A stretch of 64,000 bases of DNA from the NCBI GenBank assembly GCA_951406725.2, contig OX597842.1, positions 23,808,001 through 23,872,000 on the forward strand, read 5' to 3'. The notes beneath the pieces are model-generated. The model was not told the origin of the DNA and did not search any database. It worked only from the letters and a program-made list of their open reading frames with translations. The first letter of the stretch is position 1. The number at the start of each line of letters is the position of its first letter. Below, in pieces: positions 1 through 12,493 of the stretch. This DNA comes from Octopus vulgaris (Eukaryota). Both the position numbers and the translations under genes were made by a program.

Positions 1-34
1 TGCATATATATATATATATGTATGTAAACATAAA

Positions 35-264
35 GGCAGCAAGCTGGCCGAAATGTTAGCACAGTGGGCGAAATGCATAGCCGTATTTTGTCTGCAGTTA
101 TGTTCTGGGTTCAAATTCCGCCGAGGTCGACTTTGCCTTTCATCCTTTCGGGGTCAATAAATTAAGTACCAGTTACATACTGGGGTCGATCTTATCAACT
201 TAATCCGTTTGTCTGTCCTTGTTTGTCCCCTCTGTGTTTAGCCCCTTGTGAGTAGTAAAGAAAT
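35..264 (+). mobile_element. tRNA-derived SINE family A, full-length copy
   Basis: Head GGCAGCAAGCTGGCCGAA (A-box-like), B-box GGTTCAAATTCC, central GTCGACTTTGCCTTTCATCCTTTCGGGGTC, tail GCCCCTTGTGAGTAGTAAAGAAATA. Same element recurs at 7451, 12069, 15002/20575 and 40540. Confidence 0.85.
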
Positions 265-287
265 ATATATATATATATACACACATT

Positions 288-489
288 CTCTTTTACATGT
301 TTCAGTCATTTGACTGCGGCCATGCTGGAGCACTGCCTTTAGTCAAGCAAATCGACCCCAGGACTCATTCTTTGTAAGCCTAGTACTTATTCTATCGGTC
401 TCTTTTGCCAAACCTCTAAGTTACACGAATGTAAACACACCACCATCAGTTGTCAAGCAATGTTGGTGGTCAAACACAGACACACAAAC

Positions 490-520
<31 letters not shown>

Positions 521-685
521 TACAACAGGCTTCTTTCAGTTTCTGTCTACCCAATCCACTCACAAGGCTTTGGTCGGCCCGAGGCTATAGTAGAATACAC
601 TTGCCGAAGGTGCCATGCAGAAGGAACGAACCCAGAACCATGTGGTTGGTAAGCAAGCAACTTACCACACAGCCACTCCTGTGCC
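288..685 (-). mobile_element. tRNA-derived SINE family B (internal TA/TG microsatellite)
   Basis: Reverse complement of the ~400-bp repeat GGCGCAGGAGTGGCTGTGTGGTAAG...CAGTCAAATGACTGAAACAAGTAAAAG seen more than 10 times in the window. Confidence 0.85.
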
Positions 686-689
686 TATG

Positions 690-871
690 TGACCGTGTGT
701 GTACCGTTGGCGATTTTTTTCCTCTGTCTTCCCTTCTCCTATGTTTCCGACGAAGAGCTCCGCTCATAATGTTAAACCCTCTTTCTTTCCTTAGCGTCCA
801 ATAATACTATATTTGTTCCACGTCCTCGCGTTGTTGTTGTTTTTTTGTGCCTTCTTGTTTGGATTAACTTT
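690..871 (+). mobile_element. Penelope-like pLTR-type repeat with decayed hammerhead motif
   Basis: Near-identical copy at 10244-10441. Contains GTTT-CCGACGA-A-GAGC/GCTC-ATAAT-GTT-AAAC, where the GAAAC core is mutated in this copy. Confidence 0.55.
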
Positions 872-1086
872 ATATATATATATATATATGTTCATATACA
901 AATAAGTATATATATATAACGTAAAGTGTACTAGCCATCTGAATGTGGCTAGCCACTGGGGGTGGGTGTTACTGAAGCTTTTAGCCCCAGGAGATCGTCG
1001 TCTCCAGCTGGCTTTAGACACACTTTCTGTGCCCTTCTGATATTTGCAAAGGGAGGTCATCCGCTCTCGAAAACCTAAGTGATACA

Positions 1087-1127
1087 TACGGACTATAGTT
1101 TTGAGGTTTTTGCCTCTCGTCAACGTA
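1087..1127 (-). ncRNA. degenerate minimal type-I hammerhead ribozyme motif
   Basis: Minus strand TACG-TTGACGA-GAGG(caaaaa)CCTC-AAAA-CTATAG-TC-CGTA: stems I and II pair, stem III is palindromic (ACTATAGT), GUC site; core changes C3U and G12A. Confidence 0.55.
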
Positions 1128-1327
1128 CGGTAATCACCGGTTTTCGAAATATATATATATATATGAAAGGTACTGGTGTCTAGAAGACCCAATGAGTGGC
1201 AGGTAGCACTAAGGAAGTGCGAACTCATGGTTCGATAGTGATATGAGTGAGGAGTTTAATGTGGGACTTGTATTAGCATGAGCATGCATGTGTATGTATA
1301 TATGTATGCGCTTAAATGTATGCATAA

Positions 1328-1725
1328 GTGCAGGAGTGGCTGTGTGGTAAGTTGCTTGTTTACCAGCCACATGGTACCGGGTTCAGTCCCATTGCGTGGC
1401 ACCCTGGGCAAGTGTCTTCTACTATAGCCTTGGGCCGACCAAAGCCTTGTGAGTGGATTTGGTAGAGGGAAACTGAATGAAGCCCGTCGTATATATGTAT
1501 GTGCATGTATGTTTGTGTGTCTGTGTTTGTCCCCCCTAGCATTGCTTGACAATCGATTCTGGTGTGTTTATGTCCCCGTCACTTAACGGTTCAGCAAAAG
1601 AGACCGATAGAATAAGTACTGGGCTTACAAAGAATAAGTCCCGGGGTCGAGTTGCTCGATTAAAGGCGGTGCTCCAGCATGGCCGCAGTCAAATGACTGA
1701 AACAAGTAAAAGAATAAAAGAAAAG
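1328..1725 (+). mobile_element. SINE family B, full-length
   Basis: Head GTGCAGGAGTGGCTGTGTGGTAAG, B-box-like GGTTCAGTCCC, tail GGCGGTGCTCCAGCATGGCCGCAGTCAAATGACTGAAACAAGTAAAAGAATAAAAG. Confidence 0.85.
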
Positions 1726-1882
1726 AATATATGCACATCCATACATACATGTTTGCGCACGTATGTCATTATAACTTCTTTCCTCCTCTCTGGTTCCTAC
1801 CCATCACATACGTCTATTTACAGAAATTTGACATCCTTGTATTCTTCCTCCCCTTTAAATTTTTCTACTACCTGCATGGTTG

Positions 1883-2294
1883 GGATCTTTTCGGTTTGAA
1901 CGTCAGTTTTTTAAAATAATTTCCACATAACTAAACACTTTTAAACTTCGTATACTGGTAGAATGTGTTTATAAAACATCTTTTTCTCTTGGCTTTATTG
2001 AGAAAATTCTATTGTTTGTAAGATATTTGTTGTTGTTTTTTTCTTCAATTTCTGCAATTTCAACCAATCAATGACGTCCATTGAGGTAAAAAACATTATG
2101 TGCCGTTTGAATATGTCCCTTGTTTAAGAAAGAGATTGGGTTTATTTACATTTGTGAAGAAAAAAAGATACCCTTCCCCCACTCCTAACCCTAAAAGAGA
2201 TTGAAATGCAATAGATCGATACTAGGGTCATAATTATGGGTGACAATTTCATATGACACCGCTAGAAAAAACTGCCGTTCAAACTCAAAGATCC
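1883..2294. mobile_element. MITE with GGATC termini and 8-bp TSD (Merlin-like)
   Basis: Imperfect TIRs GGATCTTTTCGGTTTGAACGTCAGTTTTT / AAAAACTGCCGTTCAAACTCAAAGATCC; flanking TSD CATGGTTG at 1875-1882 and 2295-2302. Other copies at ~4585-4835, ~9525-9705, ~50590-50929 and 62855-63262. Confidence 0.75.
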
Positions 2295-2812
2295 CATGGT
2301 TGTATTAACGGAATGAAAAAGGGCTCATGGTTCCCCACACCATTACCATAAACTTTATTCCAAACAACGATCGGTGGTGCCCTTTCAGTTAATTTTGTGG
2401 GGAAACTTGTGGCACAGCAATTCCTCTCCTCATTTCCCACCTTGCAACACATCGCTATGTACCTAGTTTGGCCACATCGTTAACACACTAACATTGCATT
2501 TGGTTCCATGTATTCCCTAAGCATGTACAGAAAGCGACATCTAAAGCATTTGTGCCTGACTCCTATCCCTCGGGAGTAAGGTACAATGGTTTGCCTCCTT
2601 TAAGGCCCAATGCAAAATCTTCTCCTCACTCTGGCTTAAAGAGTATAAGATAAATGATATAGTAATTGAACATTGCAAATATTACAGCATCAACAGTCAT
2701 CCATTTAATGCCTATTTTCACATGGGTCAGAATTCACTGAGGTTTTGAAAGACTGGCATGCCTAAACATCTCAAACCACCACTGAAAAGTTTTGTTTTTT
2801 AATGAAACCCAC

Positions 2813-3707
2813 GTTTTCGGCTATGGAGATTATAATTCTGAAAAGAAAAATTTTTTAAGAACTTGCAAAATCCCCATTTCAAAATTTCAATTACCCACAC
2901 CCATTTCTTCATTTTTCACTATTTTCAGAGGCTTTGGGGGAGAAAATGTTTAGAAAAATACGGAGCTTATGATTCTGAAAAAGTTTGTTTGTAAAATTTC
3001 AACTTTTCAGGAAAAAACAAAATATTACAAGAACCTCCTGCACTCCCGAGTCTACCTACGGCCTACTAGCAGGCTACCCACATGCTAGAAATAACAGCCA
3101 AATCTAACACAAACTTTTAGGCATTTTTGTACATACTCTGTATCGATTGCTCTGCCCTATCAATCTATGCCTTTCCCTTTGATAACATTAGAGGCTAGAC
3201 TATCATGCATGGGTCACTGCGGTTCTTCAATAAACAAATTTGTCCGGGTTTGTATCATAGAGGGGAACTTTCTAGGTGCAATGGACATGATTTTAAAGAA
3301 TTTAGTATTGATTTGTACATGTTTATATATGAGTGTGCGTGTACACAGTTTACCGATTACAAATTTCTTTCGTTATTTTATCGTAGTGTTTATGTGGAAA
3401 ATTCTATTTCAAAATATAAGTTTTTCGAAAGTTAAATGAAAACAAATTTTTTGTGAGATTTGGCTGTTATTTCTAACATGTGGATAACCTGTTTGAAGGC
3501 CGTAGAATCGGGAGGGGGTTCGGATAATTTTATTATTATTGTTTTTTAAAATAAATCTCCGTATGTTTCTACGTATTTCACCCAAATTTAGGAAGGAAGT
3601 GAAAAATGAAAAAAAAAAAAACGAAGGGAAAATCGGAATTTTGAAGTTGCGAGTTTTGCCAATAATATTTTTTTTTTTTCTGAATCGGAATCTCCATAGC
3701 CGAAAAC
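2813..3707. mobile_element. old foldback/MITE with ~300-bp imperfect inverted arms
   Basis: GTTTTCGGCTATGGAGATT (2813) vs AATCTCCATAGCCGAAAAC (ends 3707); inner CATGCTAGAAATAACAGCCAAATCT (~3081) vs AGATTTGGCTGTTATTTCTAACATG (~3456). Confidence 0.6.
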
Positions 3708-4730
3708 AGTTGAGAAGGGGTCGGCTTACAACTCTGCAATGTGCGCCGTTATTGTACTCACACAGAATGGAACGAAGTCGGCCTCGGGACAAAGTCCTGA
3801 CTTCAAATACGGCCGAGGTCGACTTTGCTTTTCATACTATTCGGGAAATACCGAGATCCATGTAACTGACTTCTCGCTTCTCTCGACAACTGTTGGTCCT
3901 GTGCCAACACTTAAAACCACCGGGACCACTCTTCGTAAATAGAAACCCCATCATCACCATTACAAGTATTAGTTTAACCTTAAAGGAAATCTCTCAGCTT
4001 ACCGTTTTTTCAATGCCTCATCAACAGAAATTAATGTGGTATTTTTCAATCGGTTTCCCTAACCCTATTTACTCTCATTTTAGAAATTAATTTCCCTTAT
4101 ATCATATATAACAGTCGATCATCGCTTTCCATAAATAACCGATCAACATTTCAATTTGGAAGTTATTAATTAAGACGAGCAATTATAATTTCCTAATGCT
4201 GTCAGGTTCCCGCTTCGAAATAATTACAGTGACAGCGAGAGGTTTACATAATTCTATTATTTATATTGCTATTCGTAGTATTATCATCACCATTACAGAG
4301 TTAAAGTGAATCTTTGTAAACTTACCGTATTCGGATATAAAATGCGAGTCCAGTGATCGCTAATTAAATGCACTAATTAATAAATTAAGGGAACTGTGTC
4401 GTAGATGTTACTTCCCTTCGTATGATTGTATTTCTTTAATTCTCCTATAGATGGCGATACTAACTTGTTGGTGTGTGTGTGTGTGTGTGTATGTATAGTG
4501 GCTGTGTTGTAAGTTCCTTGCTTAGCAACAATATCCTTCCGGGTTCAATCCCGCTCTGTGGCACCTTGGGCAAGTGTCTTCTTCGGATCTATTCTTTTTG
4601 AACGGCAGTTTTTTCTAGTGGTGTCATATGAAATTGTCACCCATAATTATGACCCTAGTATCGATCTATTGCATTTCAATCTGTTTTAGGGTCAGGGTTA
4701 GGGGTGGGGGGAAGGGTATCTTTTATTTCT
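3580..4730. repeat. segmental duplication unit (likely ZNF 5' region), paralog at ~7290-9705
   Basis: Colinear similarity (CAATGTGCGCCGTTATTGTA.., AAACTTACCGTATTCGGATATAAAATGCGAGTCC.., AGATGGCGATACTAAC); minus-strand donor-like GTAAG sites. 4220-4470 is also repeated at 4836-5090. Confidence 0.75.
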
Positions 4731-5479
4731 TCAGAAATCTAAATAAACCCAATCTGTTTCTTAAACGAGGAACATATTCATAAGGCACAGAATGTTTTCA
4801 CCTCAATAGACGTCATTGATTGGTTGAAATTGCAGAAATAATTACAGTGACAGTGAGAGGTTTACATATTTCTATTATTTATATTGCTATTCGTAGTATT
4901 ATTATCACCATTACAGAATTAAAGTGAATCTTTGTAAACTTACCGTATTTAGATATAAAATGCGAGTCCAATGATCGCTAATTAAATGCACTAAATAATA
5001 AATTAAGGGAACTGTGTCGTAGATGTTACTTCCCTTTGTATGATTGTATTTCTTTAATTCCCCAATAGATGGTTCTGCTGACTTGTTGGTTCCGCTCCAG
5101 TGATTTTCTTTGTCCTATTTTTTCCAAATTTACACCAGATGATTTTTATAAAGGGATCTTTTCCTTTTCAACGGCAGATTTCAACAAAATTTCTAGTTAA
5201 CCAAACACTTTTAAACTTCGTATACTGGTAGAATGTGTCAAAATAAAACATTTTTTTTCTCTTGGCTTTCTTGAGAAAATTGTAATTTGTAAGTTTAACG
5301 TAGTTTAATTTTTCGAATTTTAACCAATCAATGGCCTCTATTGAACTAAAATCATTTGCTTAATTCGACTTAATTCATTTGCTTAAAATTGACTTAATTC
5401 GTTTGTCTGTCCTTGATTGTCCCCTCTATGTTTAGCCCCTTATGGGTAGTAAAGAAATATATTTATATATATATTTGCT

Positions 5480-5858
5480 GTGTGACACGTAAAAAGCACC
5501 ATTCGAGCGTGATCATTACCAGCGTTGCCTTACTGGATCTTGTGTCGGGGGCACATGAAAAGGTAATCGATCGAGGTCATTGCCAGTGTCGCTGGACTGG
5601 TTCCTGTGCAGGTGGCACGTAAAAAACACAATTTGAGCGTGGCCGTTGCCAGTACCGCCTGACTGGTCCTCATGCCAGTGACACGTAAAAGGACCCACTA
5701 CACTCTCGGAGTGGTTGGCATTAGGAAGGGCATCCAGCTGTAGAAACTCTGCCAGATCAGAAAGGAGCCTGGTGCAGCCATTTGGCTCACCAGTCCTCAG
5801 TCAAATTGTCCAACCCATGCTAGCATGGAAAGCAGACGTTAAACGATAATGATGATGA
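5480..5858 (+). mobile_element. RTE LINE 3' UTR fragment
   Basis: Matches 3' UTR of the RTE copy at 22197-23466 (GGTGGCACGTAAAAA repeats, TTAGGAAGGGCATCCAGCTGTAGAAA, GACGTTAAACGATAATGATGAT tail). Confidence 0.75.
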
Positions 5859-6308
5859 TATAAAGCACACAGCAAAACTGTAAACTGGTTAGCATAAGGA
5901 GAATACATCCAAAGAAACCCAAACAAATCAGACTGGAACCTCGTGCAGCATTATGGGTTGCCAGCTCATGTCAAACTGTCCCACCCATGACAGCATATAA
6001 AGAAAAAGCTAAAGGATGATGATGAAAATGATGACAATGATGAAAGCACAACATAGACAAAACCAATTTCAGTTTAATTCAGTTTTTATTCATTATTCCC
6101 ATTTCTTTATTCTCTCAAAACAAATTGCTCAAAAATTCAGCATGACCATCTTCAGAAATCAAAGTCTTTGCTGAATTTGATGTTGACATTGATGAAATTG
6201 AAGCTGATACCATGAAATTTGAAGAGATAAAAAAATCCCTGTCTCTTTGCAGAAAAACTAGAAGTAATTTTAGGCATGTTGTAATAAATTTTAATACTTA
6301 TACAGTCA

Positions 6309-7286
<978 letters not shown>

Positions 7287-7450
7287 ACAAACAAATTAGG
7301 AAGAAAGACAAAAATGCGGGGAAAACTGAAATTCTGAAGTTGCGATTTTTGCCAATTTTTTTTCTTGTATCCGAATCTCCATAGCCGAAAAAAGTTGGGG
7401 AAGGGTCAGGTCACGTCTCCGCAATGTGCGCCGTTATTGTATTCACACAA

Positions 7451-7683
7451 GGCGGCAAGCTGGTAGAAACGTTAGCACGCCGGCCAAAATGCGTAGCCGT
7501 ATTTCGTCTGCCGTTACGTTCTGAGTTCAAATTCCGCCAAGGTTGACTTTGCTTTTCATCCTTTCGGGGTCGATAAATTAAGTACCAGTTACGCACTGGG
7601 GATCGATCTAATCGACTTAATCCGTTTGTCTGTCCTTGTTTGTCCCCTCTGTGTTTAGCCCCTTGTGGGTAGTAAAGAAATAA
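7451..7683 (+). mobile_element. SINE family A with ~16-bp TSD
   Basis: TSD TTATTGTA(T/C)TCACACA at 7434-7449 and 7684-7699; the paralogous site near 3749 is empty. Confidence 0.9.
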
Positions 7684-7993
7684 TTATTGTACTCACACAG
7701 AATGGAACGAAGTCAGCCTCGGGACAAAGTCCTGACTTCAAATACGGCCGAGGTCAACTTTGCTTTTCATACCATTCGGGAAATATCCAGATCCATGTAA
7801 TTGAATTCTCACTTGTTTCAACAACTGCTCGCTTTAGGTTAACATTTGAAACCATCATCATCATTACAATTATTAACATCGCTTTAAAGTAAATCTTTGT
7901 CGACTTACCGTTTTATCAATGCCTCATAAAGAACAGGACAGCATTAATTAATGTGGTATTCTTCAATCGGTTTCCTCTGAATTTATCAAATAA

Positions 7994-8665
7994 CTAGCAG
8001 TATCACCCAGCGTTGCTTGGGTTTGTTTCCACCCTTTAGAATTGGAATTTTTGAAAAGTAAAAATTTTGCATTATGTAGCTTGATATTCTCTTTAAGTGA
8101 ACATTTTTCTAGTTGAAATACACCGAAAAATGGCGACACAGCAGTCAAAAAATCGTAAAAAATAGGGATTTTCATAGAGAAAAAGCACCTTTTTGATGTA
8201 AAAAATTTCTGGTCCTTAACATTGTCTGATTTGGGTAGTACTAGCAAACAGTGGTCCCGGTGTGCGTGCTCGCGTACTCGCGCAAGCTAGTCGATCCTTT
8301 CTTTGTGTTATTTACTTTGTTTAAAACACTATTTTCTTTGTGTTTTATTTACTTTGTTTAACAAAACTTATTTACTTTGTGTAAAAAATTTATTTATTTT
8401 GTGTTTTATTTACTTTGTTAGGTAGTCATTATAGGATCGACTACTTACGACTAGCCAGTGCCGATGCGCGACTGCGCGCACCGGGACCACTGTTCGCTAG
8501 TAGTAACCTGATTTGAATTTTATCTTCTACGGAAGGAAGAACAAGCCTTCTTCAATCATACTTTCAATTTTCGTCAACCTGTGCCACAGGGTCTCGAAGG
8601 AGATAGTGTTAGTTGAAGCCTACCAAACCTGCCACACACCATTTTACTCTAATTTCATTTATATA
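7994..8665 (-). mobile_element. non-autonomous Helitron-like element containing a nested MITE
   Basis: Starts CTAGCAGTATCACCCAGCGTTGCTTGGG (minus strand: hairpin then CTAG), same end as the element at 24685. Right boundary approximate. Confidence 0.5.
8233..8506. mobile_element. MITE family 2 (GGTACTACTAGC TIRs, 8-bp TSD)
   Basis: TIR TACTAGCAAACAGTGGTCCCGGTG / CACCGGGACCACTGTTCGCTAGTA; TSD CTGATTTG on both sides. Copies at ~44737-44946 and ~51823-51986. Confidence 0.75.
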
Positions 8666-8789
8666 ACACGTATCAGTCGATCAAAATCAAGATATTAATT
8701 AAGACGAGGAAATAAATTAACCTAATGTTATATTTCCATTTCTAAATAATTACTGTAACATCGAGAAGTTTACATAATTCTATTTTTTT

Positions 8790-9007
8790 CTTTTTTTTTT
8801 TTTTTTTTTTTACTTGTTTCAGTCATTTGACTGCGGCCATGCTGGAGCACCACCTTTAGTCGAGCAAGTCGACCCCGTGACTTATTCTTTGTAAGCCCAG
8901 TACTTATTCTACCAGTCTCTTTTGCCGAACCGCTAAGTGACGGGGACGTAAACACACCAGCATCGGTTGTCAAGCAATGCTAGGGGGACAAACACACACA
9001 CACACAT

Positions 9008-9042
<35 letters not shown>

Positions 9043-9200
9043 CGACAGGCTTCTTTCAGTTTCCGTCTACCAAATCCACTCACAAGGCTTTGGTCGGCCC
9101 GGGGCTATAGCAGAAGACACTTGCCCAAGATGCCACGCAGTGGGATTGAACCCGGAACCATGTGGTTGGTAAGCAAGCTACTTACCACACAGCCACTCCT
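8790..9200 (-). mobile_element. SINE family B
   Basis: Full-length reverse copy; absent at the paralogous position near 4255. Confidence 0.85.
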
Positions 9201-9843
9201 AATTATTTACATTATTAGCAATAGTATTATTATCACCATTACAGCCTTAAAGTGAATCTTTGTAAACTTACCGTATTCGGATATAAAATGCGAGTCCAAT
9301 GATCGCTAATTAAATACACTAATTAATAAATTAAGGAAACTGTGTTGTAGAAGTTACTTCCCTTCGTATGACTGTATTTCTATAATTCTCCCATAGATGG
9401 CGATACTAACTTGTTGGTGTGTGTGTGTATATGTATAGTGGCTGTGTTGTAAGTTCCTTGCTTAGCAACAATATCCTTCCGGGTTCAATCCCGCTCTGTG
9501 GCAAGTTCGGCAAGTGTCTTCTTTGGATCTTTTCTTTTTGAACGGCAGTTTTTTCTAGCAGTGTCATATGAAATTGTCACCCATAATTATGACCCTAGTA
9601 TCGATCTATTGCATTTCAATCTATTTTAGGGTTAGGGTTGGGTGGAAGGGTATCTTTTTTTCTTCACAAATGTAAATAAACCCAATCTGTTTCTTAAACG
9701 AGGGACATATATATGTGTGTATATATATACATATATATGTGTGTATATATATACATATATATGTGTGTATATATATACATATATATGTGTGTATATATAT
9801 ACATATATATGTGTGTATATATATATATAATTATGATAATACA

Positions 9844-9990
9844 GGTTCTTTGCAACAAGTTGCTTAAACCACATACCGAAAATTTTAGAAATAGCAGCCA
9901 AAAGACTACTATGTAAAAGGAAATAGTAGTCTTTGGCTGCTATTTCTAAAATTTTCGGTATGTGGTTTAAGCAACTTGTTGCAAAAAACC
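9844..9990. repeat. near-perfect hairpin, ~64-bp arms, 10-nt loop
   Basis: TTTGCAACAAGTTGCTTAAACCACATACCG...GACTACTAT [GTAAAAGGAA] ATAGTAGTC...GTTGCAAA, one 1-nt indel between arms. Confidence 0.9.
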
Positions 9991-10128
9991 CTTATTTTTA
10001 TAATTATATAATTTTTACCGTATATGGTCCTTTTCCATACCGAAATACTACTTGGTGAAATTTGTTGATTTTATTAAATTAATTATAATTCACCTTTTAT
10101 CTGTATTGACTATATATATATATATGTA

Positions 10129-10202
<74 letters not shown>

Positions 10203-10314
10203 TATATACATATATATATATAGTCAATACAGATATAGGGTGAAGTGACCGCATGTGTACCGTTGGCGATTTTTTTCCTATGTCTTCTCTTCTCTGGATC
10301 TTTCCTTCTCCTAT

Positions 10315-10349
10315 GTTTCCGACGAAGAGCTCTGCTTGAAACGTTAAAC
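10315..10349 (+). ncRNA. minimal type-I hammerhead ribozyme motif (Penelope-type)
   Basis: GTTT-CCGACGA-A-GAGC(TCT)GCTT-GAAAC-GT-T-AAAC: stem I GTTT/AAAC, palindromic ACGT stem III, U4C core variant. Confidence 0.6.
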
Positions 10350-10441
10350 CCTCCTTCTTTCCTAAGCGTCCAATAATACTATATTTGTTCCACATCCTCG
10401 CGTTGTTGTGCTTTTTTGTGCCTTCTTGTTTGAATTAACTT

Positions 10442-10488
<47 letters not shown>

Positions 10489-10489
10489 A

Positions 10490-10530
<41 letters not shown>

Positions 10531-10565
10531 TGATAGATTTTCATAGCATTTTTTCCGATGGCCGT

Positions 10566-10624
10566 ATAACTGAAGAGATGGCGGCGTGGATTTCCATCTC
10601 GACATCCGAAACTCGGAATTTTAT
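10566..10624 (+). ncRNA. type-I hammerhead ribozyme motif
   Basis: ATAA-CTGAAGA-13-bp imperfect stem II (GATGGCGGCGTGG attt CCATCTCGACATC)-C-GAAA-CTCGGAA-TT-TTAT; stem III imperfect. Confidence 0.5.
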
Positions 10625-10748
10625 CATGGCTACCGAATAATTGTCACATATTACATTTACAGATATATATATAAATATATATATATATACACACACACAT
10701 AACTTTACCTGTTACCCTTTATATAGATAGATCGATATATACATACAT

Positions 10749-10979
10749 AGGCATAGGAGTGGCTGTGTGGTAAGTAGCTTGCCTACGAACCATATGGTCC
10801 CGGGTTCAGTTCCACTGCATGGCACCTTGGGCAAGTGTCTTCTACTATAGCTTCGGGCCGACCAAAGCCTTGTGAGTGGATTTGGTAGATGGAAACAAGA
10901 AGAAGCCTGTCGTATATGTGTATATATATACATATGTACCGCTGAGTCCTTTGCCTCATGTTTTTATTTTTATTTTGAT

Positions 10980-11041
<62 letters not shown>

Positions 11042-11262
11042 GTGTGTGTATATGTTTGTGTGTCTGTGTTTGTCCTCCCAGCATCGCTTGACAATACTGG
11101 TGTGTTTACTTCCCTGTAACTTAGCGGTTTGGCAAAAGTGACCGATAGAATAAGTACTAGGCTTACAAAGAATAAGCTCTGGGGTCGATTTACTCGACTA
11201 TAAAAGCGGTGCTCCAGCATGGCCGCAGTCAAATGACTGAAACAAGTAAAAGAATAAAAGAA
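10749..11262 (+). mobile_element. SINE family B with expanded internal microsatellite
   Basis: Head and tail match family B; flanked by a duplication of ACACACATAACTTTACCTGTTACCCTTTATAT (~10693 and ~11278). Confidence 0.8.
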
Positions 11263-11595
11263 TATATATATATATACACACACATAACTTTACCTGTTAC
11301 CCTTTATATGGATGGATCGATATATATATATATATACATACATAGATATATATGTAAAGCACCTAGCACACACGGTAAACTGATTAGCATTAGGAAGAGT
11401 ATAGATCCAAAGAATCCCAGCCAAATCAAACAGGAATCTGGTGCAGCACACTGGCTTTCCAGTCACACTGCCCCACCGATGCCAGCATGAAAAATAAAGG
11501 GTTGATAGTGAGGTTGACAATGATGTCGGTGATCATGGTCATGAAGATGATGATGATGATGATGAAAATACAAAATAGACAATGATAAATAATAA

Positions 11596-11779
11596 ATGCA
11601 CCCTTTTAAAGCCTAGCTAGGCTCTTCGGCCCGGTTTCCCGGTTTCTATGGCATATGTGTTCCCCAGCTGGATGAAGTGATTTGCTCCAGAACACAACGC
11701 ATTGCCCGGTCCATGAATGGAAACCACAATCTTACGATCACGGTGTTGACACCCTACCCACTAAGCCACATGCCTCCAC
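11596..11779 (-). mobile_element. SINE family C variant (internally deleted)
   Basis: Ends CCACTAAGCCACATGCCTCCACA and contains GGCCCGGTTTCCCGGTTTC, like the copy at 24203-24505. Confidence 0.6.
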
Positions 11780-12068
11780 AAGATAGACAAAACTAACATC
11801 AATTTAATTTTTCATTCTTTATTCCCATTTCTTAATCACCTCATAATAAATTCTTCAAGAATCCAGCACAGTTATCTTCAGAAATCAAAGACATTGCCGT
11901 GTTGATATATTTCCATAGATGTATGATGTTCAGGATGATATTGATGGATTTGATGTTGACATTGACGAAACTGAAGTTGATAACATCAAATCTGAAGAGA
12001 AAAAAAAAACTGCTTTTTGCAGACAAAATAGTCACACTTGTGTGTGAATACTCACATGTATACTCAAG

Positions 12069-12482
12069 GGGCAAGCTGGCAGAATCGTTAGCACGCCGGG
12101 CAAAATGTGTGGACGTATTTCATATGCCGTTACGTTCTGGGTTCAAATTCCGCCGAGGTCGACTTTGCCTTTCATCCTTTCGGGGTCGATTAAATAAGTA
12201 CCAGTTACACACTGGGGTCGATGTAATCGACTTAATCCATTTGTCTGTGCTTGTTTGTCCTCTCTGTGTTTAGCCCTTTGTGGGTAGTAAAGAAATAGGT
12301 ATTTCGTCTGCCGTTACTTTCTGAGTTCAAATTCAGCCGAGGTTGACTTTGCCTTTCATCATTTCAGAGTCAATTAAATAAGTACCAGTTACACACTGGG
12401 GTCGATATAATCGACTTAATCCATTTGTCTGTCCTTGTTTGTCCTCTCTGAATTTAGCCCCTTGTGGGTAGTAAAGAAATAG
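12069..12482 (+). mobile_element. SINE-A dimer (full head copy plus a second unit from the internal target site) inserted in the last zinc finger
   Basis: First unit ends GAAATAG (~12299), second restarts at GTATTTCGTCTGCCG. Outer TSD GTATACTCAAG at 12058-12068 and 12483-12493. Confidence 0.85.
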
Positions 12483-12493
12483 GTATACTCAAG

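Noticed and set aside
460-804. Recurrent short ORFs such as [20 protein letters not shown]
   Set aside because: Chance frames through SINE-B copies.
9625-9640. TTAGGG repeats as an interstitial telomere
   Set aside because: Only about two units and internal to a MITE.
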